64,000 bases of DNA from NCBI GenBank assembly GCA_052279835.1, contig CP181291.1, forward strand, positions 2,112,001 through 2,176,000, written 5' to 3'. Position numbers and translations under genes: made by a program. The notes under the pieces are model-generated. The model worked only from the letters and a program-made list of their open reading frames with translations, ran no database searches and was not told the DNA's origin. Positions 20,145-31,740 of the stretch are shown piece by piece. This stretch comes from Microcoleus sp. (GTDB taxonomy: Bacteria; Cyanobacteriota; Cyanobacteriia; Cyanobacteriales; Microcoleaceae). Numbering within the stretch: position 1 is the first letter of the stretch; the number at the start of each line of letters is the position of its first letter.

Positions 20145-23100
20145 TTAGGCTTCCACAGCAATTTTTGGTTCCGAAGCCTCTGGCGATTTCGCTTCACTCG
20201 GTGGCACAACTTGCCAGAATTTGGGCAAATATTCGGCCCAATTTGCCAAAATCTTAGTGGCTTTTTTGCTGTTAGTCCGATCGCGCTGAGCCTGAATCAA
20301 CTCCTTCAATTGCAACTCACCAGCAGCCGTACAAACCCGCTGCATCTTGACAATCTCCCCGTTGACATGAGCTGGGAAAGTCCCATCTTCATCAAGGAAA
20401 TAACCCAAGCCACCAGTCATACCAGCGCCGACGTTGCGGCCGACTTTTCCTAATACGACAATGACGCCGCCAGTCATGTATTCGCAGCAGTGATCTCCAG
20501 CACCTTCAATCACAGCTTTCGCCATGGAGTTACGCACTGCAAACCTTTCGCCAGCTTTACCCGCCGCCAACAGAGTTCCCCCTGTTGCGCCGTACAAGCA
20601 AGTGTTACCAACGATCGCATTTTCGGAAGCCTCATAAGTCGCATCCATCGGCGGTTTGATGACAATTTCACCACCGTGCATTCCCTTACCAACGTAGTCG
20701 TTAGCTTGGCCATCCAGTACCAAAGTCATCCCCGGTAAATTGAATGCGCCGAAACTTTGACCAGCAGTACCACTACAGTTGAGGGTGATTTGTCCAGTAA
20801 AACCGGTGTTACCGTATTGCTTGGCGATCGCACCACTGATTCTGGTGCCGACAGTGCGATCGGTATTCACCAATTTTACACTCTTAGTAACACTGGTTTG
20901 ATTGGCGATCGCGCTTTGAATTTCAGCATCCGCCAACAAATCATCATCTAACACTGGCCCGTTGGTGTGTACGTCACCGTGGATCAAGAAAGAGCGATCG
21001 CTCTTAGTATCAGGTAATTTGGTCAAACAATCCAAATTAATCTCTTGAGTTTTGGTCAACTTCACCCCAGCCCGCATTGTCAGCAAATCACCGCGGCCAA
21101 TAATATCTGCGATCGACTTATAACCCAATTTTGCCAACAAACTGCGTACTTCTTCAGCCACAAAGTAGAAGAAATTGACTACGTGTTCCGGCGTACCAGG
21201 GAAACGCTTCCGCAACTCTTCCTTCTGCGTGGTAACGCCGACGGGACAAGTATTCATGTGGCAAACGCGGGCCATAATGCAGCCTTCAGCAATCATTGCC
21301 ACGGTCCCAAACCCATACTCTTCGGCGCCCATCAAAGCGCCTACAATCACATCCCAGCCTGTTTTGAAGCCACCATCAACGCGGAGTAAAACGCGATCGC
21401 GCAGCTTGTTTTCCATCAGCACCCGATGAACTTCGGTCAATCCGAGTTCCCACGGAGAACCTGCGTGCTTAATCGAACTAAGTGGAGAAGCACCAGTGCC
21501 GCCATCGTGGCCGGAAATTTGAATCACATCAGCATTGGCTTTGGCAACACCAGCAGCGACAGTACCGATGCCAACTTCCGACACCAACTTGACGGAAACT
21601 CCGGCTTTCGGATTGATTTGATGCAAGTCAAAAATCAACTGTGCCAAATCCTCGATCGAATAAATATCGTGGTGAGGAGGGGGGGAAATCAAGGTGACAC
21701 CAGGTTTCGAGCGGCGCAAAAAGGCAATATACTGGCTCACTTTCGGCCCTGGCAATTGGCCGCCTTCACCCGGTTTCGCACCTTGGGCCACTTTGATTTC
21801 GATCTGTTGGGCGCTCATCAGGTACTCTGGAGTCACGCCGAAACGCCCAGAAGCTACCTGTTTGATGGCACTTGAGGCGGTATCTCCATTTTGCAAACCT
21901 TTCAAGTGAGGCAGAGTTGCTGACAAGCCAGCCTCGTTGACATCCTTGAGGACATTGTATCGAACAGGGTCTTCGCCACCTTCACCGGAATTGGATTTGC
22001 CGCCGATGCGGTTCATCGCAATGGCTAGAGTTTCGTGGGCTTCTGGGGACAAAGCACCGAGGGACATTCCGCCAGTGGCGAAACGTTTGACAATATCTGC
22101 TACAGATTCTACTTGTTCGATGGGAATCGAAGGGCGATCGCTCGCAAAATCCAGCAAATCCCGCAAAGCTGTCATCGGGCGATTTTCAAGCTGTTGCTTG
22201 TAAACCTCGTAGTGATCGTAGGCAGTTTCTGAATTTTTGTCACCAATTGGTGTCATTTTTGGTTCGGCATTTTTGCCGTTACCATTAGTTTGAAGCTTAA
22301 AGCTAGTCACAGCCTTGTGTAAAGCCTTGGCCATTTCCGGGCTATTCATGTGATATTCGCCACCGCGGCGATATTGAACAAAGCCGTAATTTTCCAGCTT
22401 TTTAGCGTTCAATTCCGGGAAAGCCTGGGAGTGGAAAGACATCACCTCGTGGGCTAGTTCCGCCACCGTCAAACCGCCGATGCGAGACACAGTGCCTTTG
22501 AAACCCAAATCTAGCAAATCGCCACCAATCCCGATCGCCTCAAAGATTTGCCCTCCTTGATAGCTAGACAGCAGCGAAATCCCCATTTTCGACATAATCT
22601 TCAACAGCCCATTTTCCACCGCTTTGCGGTATTGAGCTTGAGCCGTCGTGACAGTAATATTGGCTACTTTGCCGTGTTTCATCAAGTTTTGAGTCTTGGT
22701 GTCAGCCCACCAACCGCGCACGCTTTCGAGTGCTAAATAAGGACAAACAGCAGCCGCACCGTAACCGATCAAACAAGCAAAATGGTGAGTGCTCCAGCAC
22801 TGGGCGGTATCGACAATTAGGGAAGTTTTCATCCGCAGCCCTTCCTGGATCAAGTGGTGGTGTACCGCACCAATGGCCAACAAAGGCGGAATATAAGTGA
22901 ATTCTGTACTCAAACCTCCTTCTTCATTCCCCCCTTGGGGGGGGTTGGGGGGGGTTTGCTTCGATACTCGATCGCTCAGAATCAAAATTTTAGCTCCCGA
23001 ACGCACCGACTCAGCAGCTTCTTGACAAAGTTGAGCCACGGCATTTTTCAAACCTTCCGGGCCTGCCACAATGTGGTACAAAGTTGACAACACCTTAGCG

Positions 23101-24893
23101 GGGAAAGACTTTTGCTCCTGCAACCAAGACAATTCATTTTCGTTGAGCACAGGAGAATCTATTTTCAGCCGTTTGGCGTTTTCCGGCGCTGCTGAGAGTA
23201 AATTACCCCGCAATCCCAGATTCATCGTCAGAGACATCACCATCCCCTCGCGCAGGGGGTCAATGGGTGGATTGGTGACTTGAGCAAACCGTTGTTTGAA
23301 ATAGTTGTACAGCAACTGAGGTTTTTCTGACAACACAGCCAAAGGAATGTCATCTCCCATGCAGAAAGTGGGTTCCTTCCCAGAGCTCGCCATCTCCACG
23401 ATCACCATATCCAAATCTTCAGCGGTGTAGCCAAAAGCAGTTTGAGTGGCTAATAGCGTTTGGGTGTCGAGGCTTGGGCTTTCGGCAAAAGGTTGTGGTT
23501 CCAAGGTTTCGCGGTGTTGTTGCAACCATTCACCGTAGGGATGTCGCTTGGCTATCCGCTGTTTGAGTTCCCAATTTTTGAGAATTTCCTGACTTTGTAG
23601 ATCGACTGCGATCATTTGTCCTGGCCCTAAACGGCCTTTTTCGACAATATCTGCTTCTGGAATATCGACGACACCTGCTTCGGAGGCGACAATCACCAAA
23701 CCGTCTTTAGTAATGCAGTAGCGGGCTGGCCGTAAACCGTTGCGATCGAGAGTAGCACCTACTTGTTTCCCGTCGCTAAACACCAGGAGGGCCGGACCAT
23801 CCCAAGGTTCTTGAATAGCGCTGTAATACTCATAAAAATCGACAATTTCGGGATAGGAAGCCAAATCCGGCTGATTTTTGTATGCTTCCGGCACCAGAAT
23901 TGTCAGGGATTCCAGGGGAGAACGGCCGGAGTGAACCAGCAGTTCCATCACGTTGTCCAAGTTTGCCGAATCGCTGCTTTCTGAATTGACAATGGGGTTG
24001 AAGGTGTCGATATCAGCTTCACTCCAATTGGGGTGAGCTAAATTGGCTTGTCGCGCCTTCATCCAGGTAATATTGCCCAACAGGGTGTTGATTTCGCCGT
24101 TGTGTCCCAGCAAGCGCATCGGTTGAGCTAAGTGCCAGCGGGGCATGGTGTTGGTGCTGAAGCGTCGATGATATACTGCAAAGGCGCTTTTGTAGGCGGG
24201 ATTTTTCAGGTCGAGGTAAAATTCTCCCAATACGGCCGATCGCACCATACCTTTATATACGATCGTGCGGCAGGAAAAAGAGCAAGAGTAAAAGTCTTGG
24301 CGAGTGAAGTCCGCGAGATTTGACAGGGCGTGTCCGATGGCGCGACGGGTTAGAAATAACTGGCGATCGAGTTCGTCGCCCTGTAATCTGGGTGAACTAA
24401 CGATTACTTGTTCGATTTGAGGTTGATTTTCTAGCGCTTGGGGACCCAAAACTTTCGGGTCAACAGGAACTTTTCGCCATCCCAACAGTGTCAGCCCGCG
24501 CGCTTGCAGGTTTTCCTCAACTACGTGTCGCGCGATAGTTGCTTGGTGTTCATCTTGAGACAAAAACAGCATTCCCACGCCACAATTTTCCTGTCTGGGA
24601 GGGATTATTCCCTGTTCTGCGAACCAAGCATTCAACAATTCCCAGGGAATTCCGGTCATCAAACCAGCACCGTCACCGGAATCGGAGTCAGCGCTACAAC
24701 CGCCGCGATGTTCCAGACAAGTTAAGGCTGGTAAAGCTTTTTGAATTAAGGAGTGAGTAGCTTGGCCGCTTTGGTTAGCAATGAAGCCCACACCGCAAGC
24801 ATCTCTTTCTTCGATTAGCCAGCTTTGACCGGCATAAGGAATTCCTCGATGACCCTGATTTTGATTTTGATTTCGATCGCTCGTGTTGCCCAT
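20145..24893 (-). CDS. glsF: Ferredoxin-dependent glutamate synthase (Fd-GOGAT)
   Basis: [66 protein letters not shown]; no adjacent gltD. Confidence 0.93.
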   Translation of the reverse strand: MGNTSDRNQNQNQGHRGIPYAGQSWLIEERDACGVGFIANQSGQATHSLIQKALPALTCLEHRGGCSADSDSGDGAGLMTGIPWELLNAWFAEQGIIPPRQENCGVGMLFLSQDEHQATIARHVVEENLQARGLTLLGWRKVPVDPKVLGPQALENQPQIEQVIVSSPRLQGDELDRQLFLTRRAIGHALSNLADFTRQDFYSCSFSCRTIVYKGMVRSAVLGEFYLDLKNPAYKSAFAVYHRRFSTNTMPRWHLAQPMRLLGHNGEINTLLGNITWMKARQANLAHPNWSEADIDTFNPIVNSESSDSANLDNVMELLVHSGRSPLESLTILVPEAYKNQPDLASYPEIVDFYEYYSAIQEPWDGPALLVFSDGKQVGATLDRNGLRPARYCITKDGLVIVASEAGVVDIPEADIVEKGRLGPGQMIAVDLQSQEILKNWELKQRIAKRHPYGEWLQQHRETLEPQPFAESPSLDTQTLLATQTAFGYTAEDLDMVIVEMASSGKEPTFCMGDDIPLAVLSEKPQLLYNYFKQRFAQVTNPPIDPLREGMVMSLTMNLGLRGNLLSAAPENAKRLKIDSPVLNENELSWLQEQKSFPAKVLSTLYHIVAGPEGLKNAVAQLCQEAAESVRSGAKILILSDRVSKQTPPNPPQGGNEEGGLSTEFTYIPPLLAIGAVHHHLIQEGLRMKTSLIVDTAQCWSTHHFACLIGYGAAAVCPYLALESVRGWWADTKTQNLMKHGKVANITVTTAQAQYRKAVENGLLKIMSKMGISLLSSYQGGQIFEAIGIGGDLLDLGFKGTVSRIGGLTVAELAHEVMSFHSQAFPELNAKKLENYGFVQYRRGGEYHMNSPEMAKALHKAVTSFKLQTNGNGKNAEPKMTPIGDKNSETAYDHYEVYKQQLENRPMTALRDLLDFASDRPSIPIEQVESVADIVKRFATGGMSLGALSPEAHETLAIAMNRIGGKSNSGEGGEDPVRYNVLKDVNEAGLSATLPHLKGLQNGDTASSAIKQVASGRFGVTPEYLMSAQQIEIKVAQGAKPGEGGQLPGPKVSQYIAFLRRSKPGVTLISPPPHHDIYSIEDLAQLIFDLHQINPKAGVSVKLVSEVGIGTVAAGVAKANADVIQISGHDGGTGASPLSSIKHAGSPWELGLTEVHRVLMENKLRDRVLLRVDGGFKTGWDVIVGALMGAEEYGFGTVAMIAEGCIMARVCHMNTCPVGVTTQKEELRKRFPGTPEHVVNFFYFVAEEVRSLLAKLGYKSIADIIGRGDLLTMRAGVKLTKTQEINLDCLTKLPDTKSDRSFLIHGDVHTNGPVLDDDLLADAEIQSAIANQTSVTKSVKLVNTDRTVGTRISGAIAKQYGNTGFTGQITLNCSGTAGQSFGAFNLPGMTLVLDGQANDYVGKGMHGGEIVIKPPMDATYEASENAIVGNTCLYGATGGTLLAAGKAGERFAVRNSMAKAVIEGAGDHCCEYMTGGVIVVLGKVGRNVGAGMTGGLGYFLDEDGTFPAHVNGEIVKMQRVCTAAGELQLKELIQAQRDRTNSKKATKILANWAEYLPKFWQVVPPSEAKSPEASEPKIAVEA

Positions 24894-25391
24894 GTTGATT
24901 GAATACTATTTCGGTGATTGTGTGGTTGATTCGTTATAACTTGAAAACAGAAGGCCACCCAGCGCTGGGAGTCGGGAAAACCTTCAAACAGCCAAAGCCA
25001 GCAGATTTGATAAAAAATTACATTGATACTGCCAGTACCTAGCTCTGAAACCCTGTTTGCAGTTTCTTAATTATCTCGATCGAATCGCCTCCGAGATGTC
25101 TCATAGAATACCCTGCTGTTAAAAAACACAGTTATTCTCTGGAAAATCGCAGCCTTGCAACCAGGTAAATTGCAGGCCATCGAGTTTTGTGTTTTTTTTT
25201 ACTTAATCCCCTCCATCAGTCTTGCAGTGCGCTGCACTACCAATGAAACCATGTCTTAATATTATGCAGCTAACTACAGCCAACTACACAGCCAAAGAAA
25301 TTAAGTTTATCAATAAAATCCGAAATTTTCACCATTGTGCTGTATGGCGTGTTTGAGCGTGAATTGTTTTAAGTTATCAGAGGTAAAAAAA

Positions 25392-27506
25392 ATGCACAGT
25401 AGAGTCTCGATTGCGCCCATACTGGCGATCGCCCTAGGTTTAGCCTGGAATCTTCCTGGGAAAGCACAACAGGTGGAGATTGGTAGGCTGATGGATGCTT
25501 CCACAGCCCCCCAAGGCATGAATTCCCTGAGTGAGGGCGAAAGTCGGTTACAACCGACTGAAATATTGACAGATAATCCTCTTGAGAGGACTTCAGCGAT
25601 CGGACAGGAGTGGAAACTCCTGTCGGACTCTAACTATAACTTTTTGACTCAATCCCTACCACCAGCAGCCACCATCAAACAAGGCCGCCAAATCTCTCTC
25701 AACGGGCGCATCATTCCCCTAGCTTGGACACAACAGCCCGCAAATAGTATGTTGCCGAACATCCGAACTTGGATTGCCGACATTGGGTTAATGCAATCTG
25801 CCGGAGTAGATTTGCTCAACACCGCCGATAATACTAAACAGCCCGTACAGTGGTTTTCGGTATCTCTAACGGCAGCTCAAAGTATAACAGCGCGATCGCA
25901 GGGACAATATCGTTACTTAGATATCACAGATTTTGCCAGACTTGCCGGTTGGCGGATATCTGCCGATGGTAATACTTTGAGCATCACATCTCCAGTGGCA
26001 AATGTTACAGGAGTGCGGCAAGCAGAGAGAGAATGGGGCGATCGCATCGTGGTAGACCTCGATCGCAGTGCTCCGTGGCAAGTTAACATTGTCGATACCC
26101 CAAGCCCATCCCCAACACCCACACCTAGAGACATTCCAGACGACCCCACAAAGCCCACTCTTGCCCCGACTCAAGCCCCCCCAGCCCCAAACCTCGAAAC
26201 ACCAGACGACCCAAGCAAACCAGCCCTCACACTCCCATTAGCACCCTCGGCGCCAATTATCGGTCAACAATGGTCGATCGACCTCGATGCCAAAATCGCA
26301 CCCGCCATAATTCAGCGCGCTTTTCAAACCAGCAAACAATTACTAGCACTAAAAATCCAACCAACCGAGACTCAAACCAGAATCAAAGTCACCATACCTT
26401 TAGGTTGGCGTCCACAAGTTTTCAGCCTGGGAAATCCCCATCGATTAGTGATTGATATTCGGCCAGATTCCCTAGTAGAAAAAGACATTGTTTGGGCACG
26501 GGGAGTCCGGTGGCGACAACAGTATCAAAACTTAGGAACCGCACGTTTTCCCGTTGTTTCGTTAGAAGTTAATCCGCGTCAAACAGGCCTCAAAGTTAGA
26601 CCAATGTTGAGCAATCCCCCCACCGATAAAGGCACTGCACCTCTGAGGGAAACAGCGGAACTTTCGGGAACGGCGGCTGCGATTAATGCAGGATTTTTCA
26701 ATCGGATCAATCGGTTAGCTTTAGGGGCAATTAGGCGGGACAACAAATGGCTGGCTGGTCCGATTTTGAACCGAGGGGCGATCGCCTGGAACGATGGTGG
26801 CGAAATCTCGATCGCCCGTTTGACTTTGCAAGAAACCTTGATAACTCCGACAAATCAACGTTTATCTATTTCTCACCTCAATAGTGCTTACGTGCAAGCT
26901 GGAATCGGCCGCTACAATCCCGATTGGGGAACGACTTATACTCCGTTTTCTGACAATGAGATAGTTGTGACTGTTGTGGGCGATCGCGTTGTGGGCCAAG
27001 TTCCCTCTGGTGCGACGGGAAAAACAGCGTTTCCAGTACCAGCCAACGGTTATATTTTAGCATTGCGTTCCAATTTGTCGATCGCCTCTCAACTGACACC
27101 AGGCACTTTATTACGTCTGGAAACTCAGACAATTCCGTCAGAGTTCAGTGCTTTTCCTTACATTTTAGGTGGCGGGCCATTGTTGGTAAAAAACAGTAGA
27201 ATTGTGCTGAATCCGCAGGCGGAAGGGTTTAGCGATGCCTATGTAAGACAGACGGCGATTAGGAGTGCGATCGGACACAATGCAGCGGGTAATTTGCTGA
27301 TTGTAACCGTGCACAATCGGGCGGGGGGGGCGGGACCAAATTTCGCAGAACTCGCGCAGATATTGCAACAAATGGGGGCTGTGGAGGCTTTAAATTTGGA
27401 TGGGGGAAGTTCGACGAGTTTGTATTTGGGAGGGAATTTAGTCGATCGACCTTTGTCTACGGCGGCGAGAGTTCATAATGCGATCGGAATATTCATTCAA
27501 CCCTAG
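25392..27506 (+). CDS. Phosphodiester glycosidase (NAGPA/DUF2233) family exported protein
   Basis: Signal-like N-terminus, Pro-rich linker, AINAGFFNR, LGGGPLLV, RSAIG, ALNLDGGSSTSL; start uncertain (25335 or 25392). Confidence 0.85.
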   Translation: MHSRVSIAPILAIALGLAWNLPGKAQQVEIGRLMDASTAPQGMNSLSEGESRLQPTEILTDNPLERTSAIGQEWKLLSDSNYNFLTQSLPPAATIKQGRQISLNGRIIPLAWTQQPANSMLPNIRTWIADIGLMQSAGVDLLNTADNTKQPVQWFSVSLTAAQSITARSQGQYRYLDITDFARLAGWRISADGNTLSITSPVANVTGVRQAEREWGDRIVVDLDRSAPWQVNIVDTPSPSPTPTPRDIPDDPTKPTLAPTQAPPAPNLETPDDPSKPALTLPLAPSAPIIGQQWSIDLDAKIAPAIIQRAFQTSKQLLALKIQPTETQTRIKVTIPLGWRPQVFSLGNPHRLVIDIRPDSLVEKDIVWARGVRWRQQYQNLGTARFPVVSLEVNPRQTGLKVRPMLSNPPTDKGTAPLRETAELSGTAAAINAGFFNRINRLALGAIRRDNKWLAGPILNRGAIAWNDGGEISIARLTLQETLITPTNQRLSISHLNSAYVQAGIGRYNPDWGTTYTPFSDNEIVVTVVGDRVVGQVPSGATGKTAFPVPANGYILALRSNLSIASQLTPGTLLRLETQTIPSEFSAFPYILGGGPLLVKNSRIVLNPQAEGFSDAYVRQTAIRSAIGHNAAGNLLIVTVHNRAGGAGPNFAELAQILQQMGAVEALNLDGGSSTSLYLGGNLVDRPLSTAARVHNAIGIFIQP

Positions 27507-28108
27507 TTTGGGAGAAAAATATGTCATTAATTTGACACCAATCAGAACCCCCGGAACCTACCCCCAATCATCTCCGTCACAACTCTTGTTCTGGCGATCG
27601 CCCTATCTCAAGTAAAAATTTTTTGAGCAAGATTACTTACTGGTTAAAAATGATACTACACCCAATACGATCCTGTTGACAATAAACTGCGAGCGTATAA
27701 GATGTGTAGAATATTTTCTCTATGTATCAGTGACTTAGCTTTGCCCAAATTGACTGTGACTTTTATAACTTATGTAGTCATATTTCGTCAGTGTAATAGC
27801 GACTTTTAGTAGCCCTGGTTACGGAAAAAGATGTTTTTCTAACAACTAACATCTCATGCTTTAGTCAAGGAACTATCACCAGAATTACCCTAAAAGACTG
27901 ATGAAATTTAGAGTTACATAAGCTATAGTAGGCACTATCAACAAATTTCTCTTTCACAGACCCAATCAATGCTGAAAGTCTAGGGAATAGATCCCTATGC
28001 CACAGTAATCTTATCGGATTATCCTGGTCAATTAACTGATGACTAACCAGGATATATTTGATATTGATAAATGTCCACAAACAAACACAAAAAAAGTAGG
28101 AGTTAGTA

Positions 28109-28681
28109 ATGTTTAAACTGCAAATTAATGACGTTAAGTTAGTATCAGCAGTGGGTATCGATTATAGCAATTTGCGTAATTTGTTAGAGGCTAAAAAGTG
28201 GCAACAGGCAGACGAAGAAACTACTAAATTGATGCTGCGGGCTGCCAAATGCGAAGAAAAAGGATGGCTGGATAGAGAAAGCATTGAAGAATTTCCCTGC
28301 GAGGACTTGCATACCATCGACCAACTTTGGGAAGAATATTCCAACGGTCACTTTGGCTTTAGCGTACAAAATCGTATTTATCAAAGTCTGGGGGGAAGCA
28401 ATGAATATGATAGCGATGTTTGGGAGACTTTTCGTTACATAGTGGGCTGGGTAAAAAAAGGTCAAAGGCTCTACTACAACGACCTCACTTTTAGTGAAAA
28501 AGCACCAGCAGCTCACCTCCCAGTTGTGGGATTGTTTGTGGGCTTTGTGGGGAAGGGAATTAACTCGGACTCTTTCGAGGGACAGTGTGCGCTCATGGCC
28601 GGTTTGGGAGGGGTTGTTTTTGATGCTCTCGCATCAAGACTCTTGAGCTGTAACCAATCAGTTCCAGTTTTACCCGAATGA
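28109..28681 (+). CDS. GUN4 domain-containing protein
   Basis: GIDYSNLRNLL..KWQQADEET, FPCEDLHTIDQLW..YSNGHFGFSVQ, APAAHLP. Confidence 0.88.
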   Translation: MFKLQINDVKLVSAVGIDYSNLRNLLEAKKWQQADEETTKLMLRAAKCEEKGWLDRESIEEFPCEDLHTIDQLWEEYSNGHFGFSVQNRIYQSLGGSNEYDSDVWETFRYIVGWVKKGQRLYYNDLTFSEKAPAAHLPVVGLFVGFVGKGINSDSFEGQCALMAGLGGVVFDALASRLLSCNQSVPVLPE

Positions 28682-28816
28682 TTATTGACTGTTGACTGTG
28701 AGTCAAAAAACTGAAATTTTCCATGAAATATTGTGGTGGTTTGAATCGATTTTTAGAATTTTATTTTTCAGGGTAGGCCGACTTAGGTCAGTAATTATTG
28801 CCTAGTATATCACAGC

Positions 28817-28855
28817 TAAAACCCAGACTTATTCACCAAATAAGTCTGGGTTTTA
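28817..28855. terminator. Bidirectional terminator-like hairpin
   Basis: Perfect 17-bp stem taaaacccagacttatt / aataagtctgggtttta between convergent genes. Confidence 0.7.
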
Positions 28856-28873
28856 CGATGGTGTTTACACAAA

Positions 28874-30007
28874 TCAATCAGACATCACAGATAACACATA
28901 TTCTCCTTGATTTACTGACTGATTGGTCGAAACATCAAAAATAAAAAGATCCGACTCAGCACAAACATCGACTAAAGTGGGAAAATCTCCATGTTTGTGA
29001 AAGCACAGAATTTGATAAAGCCGATCGCCCTTTTTGACAAAACTCCCCAATTTCACTCGATTTTGAATCATCCCGCCCGCAGGCGCGTAATATTCTTTTA
29101 CCAAATTCTTGGGGGTAAAAATGACTTGATGATTCGCAATTTCGGGAAGCGGAAATCCATCTATTTTCAATAAACCCTTACTGGCTAAGTAATTTTTGAT
29201 TCCCCGTAACCCCTTCGCCACCGATTCAGGATTGATTTCCATCCCCGAACCCAATTCTAGAGTCCAAGATTCAATATCAAAGGAAATCGGACTCCCCAAC
29301 TCCCCTAAAATCCTCTCCAAAGCCAGCCAAGGTTTGAGAAATGCCTCATCAAAAGCATCCCCATCATACTCGTTCATCAAGATGGCGCGATCGAGCAAAA
29401 AAGCTTTGGCACTCTCCTCGCGAGAACTAAAACAATAAAGGTAATCTAAACTTTGATTCGTGGAACTGTGCAAGTCGAACACATAGTCAGCATCCAAACA
29501 CAAAGATTGTAGCTGGTATCGGAAAAGTTCCCTGTAGGGGAGACAACTAGGAGCGTTAATTTTGGCCAACTCTTGGGCAAAACTCAAAGCCATTGCATTT
29601 CTGTAATTAACTTTAACAGTATCGGCATCCAGATTTATCTGAGACTGAGCAAAGCCCAGAATATCTTCCCCTTGCTTTTCAAAATCCCAGAAAATTCGGT
29701 TCCAATTTACCCCATCATAAAGATTGTATCGACCAGGGGAAAAATGGTGCGATCGCTGGCTGACACCCACAGGATTACAAACAGGAACTAGCCAAATTTC
29801 CCCGATTAACTCAGTGGAGTCCAAACACCTTAAAAATTCAATCAATTGGTAAATAACCGCATTACCGCTAATCTCAGCGCCGTGGAGGTTAGATTGAAGA
29901 TAAGCCTTTTTGCCCGGAATCGCACCTTGGAATTGATAAACTTGCAGCGAAAGTCGATCGCCCGAAGCAAGCTGCACCACAGGAATAGTCGAAATAATAG
30001 GAATCAT
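28874..30007 (-). CDS. Succinylglutamate desuccinylase/aspartoacylase (M14-like) family protein
   Basis: [36 protein letters not shown]; real start MIPIISTIP at 30007 (the longer ORF reads through heptamer repeats). Confidence 0.85.
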   Translation of the reverse strand: MIPIISTIPVVQLASGDRLSLQVYQFQGAIPGKKAYLQSNLHGAEISGNAVIYQLIEFLRCLDSTELIGEIWLVPVCNPVGVSQRSHHFSPGRYNLYDGVNWNRIFWDFEKQGEDILGFAQSQINLDADTVKVNYRNAMALSFAQELAKINAPSCLPYRELFRYQLQSLCLDADYVFDLHSSTNQSLDYLYCFSSREESAKAFLLDRAILMNEYDGDAFDEAFLKPWLALERILGELGSPISFDIESWTLELGSGMEINPESVAKGLRGIKNYLASKGLLKIDGFPLPEIANHQVIFTPKNLVKEYYAPAGGMIQNRVKLGSFVKKGDRLYQILCFHKHGDFPTLVDVCAESDLFIFDVSTNQSVNQGEYVLSVMSD

Positions 30008-30028
30008 AGACAACCAGAGGAGGAAAGT

Positions 30029-30094
30029 GGGAATTGGGAATCGGGAATTGGGAATTGGGAATTGGGAATTGGGAATTGGGAATTGGGAATTGGG
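30029..30094. repeat. STRR-type heptamer tandem repeat (GGGAATT) x9
   Basis: Read directly from the sequence. Confidence 0.9.
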
Positions 30095-30140
30095 CATAGT
30101 TTATTCCGGACTTCCTGCTTCCAGAATTTCCCGCCATCCT

Positions 30141-30210
30141 TCATCCCCCCTTGGGGGGGGCAGGGGGGGGTAGCGTGCAGCGGGGGGCAGGGGTGGGTGA
30201 CTTCTTCCTT
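30141..30210. repeat. C-run/G-run palindromic repeat copies
   Basis: ccccccttggggggggcagggggggg, then a partial second copy ending gggtgacttcttccttg; reverse complement of the units at 56191-56320. Confidence 0.75.
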
Positions 30211-30223
30211 GTTTAAATAGACA

Positions 30224-31722
30224 CTGGAAGCAAGCGCTCTATCGGCTAGCGATGAGCGTCGGGTAGTTTACATAGCCGATTTGCTAGAGAAGGTTTAACT
30301 AGACAGACGGGAATTCCCCCGCTATAGGTGTACTCACTGTCTTCGGTGGGACGGGCGGCTCGTGAGAAGACGATTGCGCCGCTCACTATATGTGATGCGC
30401 AGCCAGCAGTAGATGAGCGGTGCATGAGGAAGCGAACAAATTCTTTGCATTTTTATATGATCCTTGATACAATCTTACCAGAGAAGCCGATCGCCGATGC
30501 CGATAATGTATCAAGCCTATAAGTTCCGAATCTATCCGACCACCGAGCAGCAGACGTATTTTGCGGGTGCTTTCGGTTGTTGTCGTTGGTTCTGGAATTA
30601 TAGTTTGAATCTGTGTCAGCAAACCTATAAAGATACGGGCAAAGGGTTAAGCAGAAGTGTAATTCAAGGATTACTCCCAAATCTCAAAAAAGAGTACCCT
30701 TGGTTGACAAATGCTTATTCTCAATCACTCCAAGTAGTCGCACTAAACCTGTCTAGTGCTTACAAGAACTTCTTCGACAAACGCGGTGGTTTTCCTAGCT
30801 TCAAGTCGAAGCATGGTAGACAGTCTATTAGTTATCCTCAGAATGTCAAAGTAGGTACAAGTTCTATCAAATTACCTATCATTGGCGAGGTGCATTGCAT
30901 AATCCACAGAACATTAGATGGCACTGTCAAAACCGTTACTATTTCCCAAAATACTGATGGTAAATACTATGCCTCGCTCTTGGTTGATGATGGACGAAAA
31001 ACACCGGAAAGTGATACTAATGGCAAGGCTATTGGTTTAGATGTTGGTCTGATAGACTTGGTTGTAACCAGTGATGGTAATAAGTATGCGAATCCTAAGC
31101 ACCTCAAGAAGCATAGCCGCAATCTAAAGCGTAAGCAACAAAAACTAAGTCGTAAACAAAAAGGGAGTAAGACAAGATATAAGGCTAAACGATTATTAGC
31201 CAGAGTTCATTCAAAAATCCCAAGAGTCCGGGTCGATTTTCTACACAAACTATCCCGCAAGATAGTGGACGAAAACCAAGTCATTGCCGTAGAAAATCTG
31301 AATGTCAAAGGCATGGTACGTAATCCTTGTCTAGCTAAAGCGATTAGTGATGCTGGATGGGGGATGTTTGGGACAATGCTCAAGTATAAAGCTGAGAAAT
31401 TAGGAAAAATCTACATTGAGATAGACCGCTTTTTCCCTAGCTCCAAGACTTGTAATAATTGTCTCTACAAAGTATCGGAAATGCCCTTGAACCTGCGTCA
31501 TTGGGATTGCCCTGAGTGTCATAGTCGCAATGATAGAGATATCAATGCGGCCAGGAATATCAGGGATGAAGCCTTGCGGATTCTTGCATTAGGAACTAGT
31601 GCTGCTGCCAATGGACGGAATGTAAGTCAACCTGGTAAGACTTCGGTATTGCTAGATGCTATTCCGGTTGAAGTTGGAAGCCCCCGTCATAGCGTACTCG
31701 CGCGGGCAGGTGGGTAGTTCAT
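30224..31722 (+). mobile_element. IS200/IS605-family element, tnpB only (IS1341-like), no tnpA
   Basis: tnpB ORF followed by a right end tggaagccccc...gggtagttcat; left boundary uncertain. Confidence 0.75.
30506..31717 (+). CDS. tnpB: RNA-guided endonuclease TnpB
   Basis: HTH AYKFRIYPT..Q...FGCCRWFWN; RuvC residues GLDVG, AVENL and DRDINAA intact; Zn finger CNNC...CPEC. Confidence 0.93.
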   Translation: MYQAYKFRIYPTTEQQTYFAGAFGCCRWFWNYSLNLCQQTYKDTGKGLSRSVIQGLLPNLKKEYPWLTNAYSQSLQVVALNLSSAYKNFFDKRGGFPSFKSKHGRQSISYPQNVKVGTSSIKLPIIGEVHCIIHRTLDGTVKTVTISQNTDGKYYASLLVDDGRKTPESDTNGKAIGLDVGLIDLVVTSDGNKYANPKHLKKHSRNLKRKQQKLSRKQKGSKTRYKAKRLLARVHSKIPRVRVDFLHKLSRKIVDENQVIAVENLNVKGMVRNPCLAKAISDAGWGMFGTMLKYKAEKLGKIYIEIDRFFPSSKTCNNCLYKVSEMPLNLRHWDCPECHSRNDRDINAARNIRDEALRILALGTSAAANGRNVSQPGKTSVLLDAIPVEVGSPRHSVLARAGG

Positions 31723-31740
31723 AATCAACATAGTCCTCTG
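31570..31740 (+). ncRNA. Predicted omegaRNA (reRNA) overlapping the tnpB 3' end; guide would start near 31723
   Basis: Established architecture of TnpB loci plus a visible right-end motif; boundaries inferred. Confidence 0.55.

Noticed and set aside
20211..24760. Numerous short ORFs overlapping glsF and other long genes
   Set aside because: Shadow frames of well-supported genes, with no motifs of their own
27507..28108. Riboswitch or small ORF upstream of the GUN4-domain gene
   Set aside because: Only short hairpins (e.g. atcctggt/accaggat) and an unconvincing 71-aa minus-strand ORF; no recognisable aptamer
30008..30097. N-terminal extension PNSQFPI of the desuccinylase ORF
   Set aside because: It is simply the translation of the GGGAATT heptamer array
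30386..30680. Minus-strand ORFs as a divergent tnpA
   Set aside because: No HUH or catalytic Tyr motif; they largely overlap tnpB antisense
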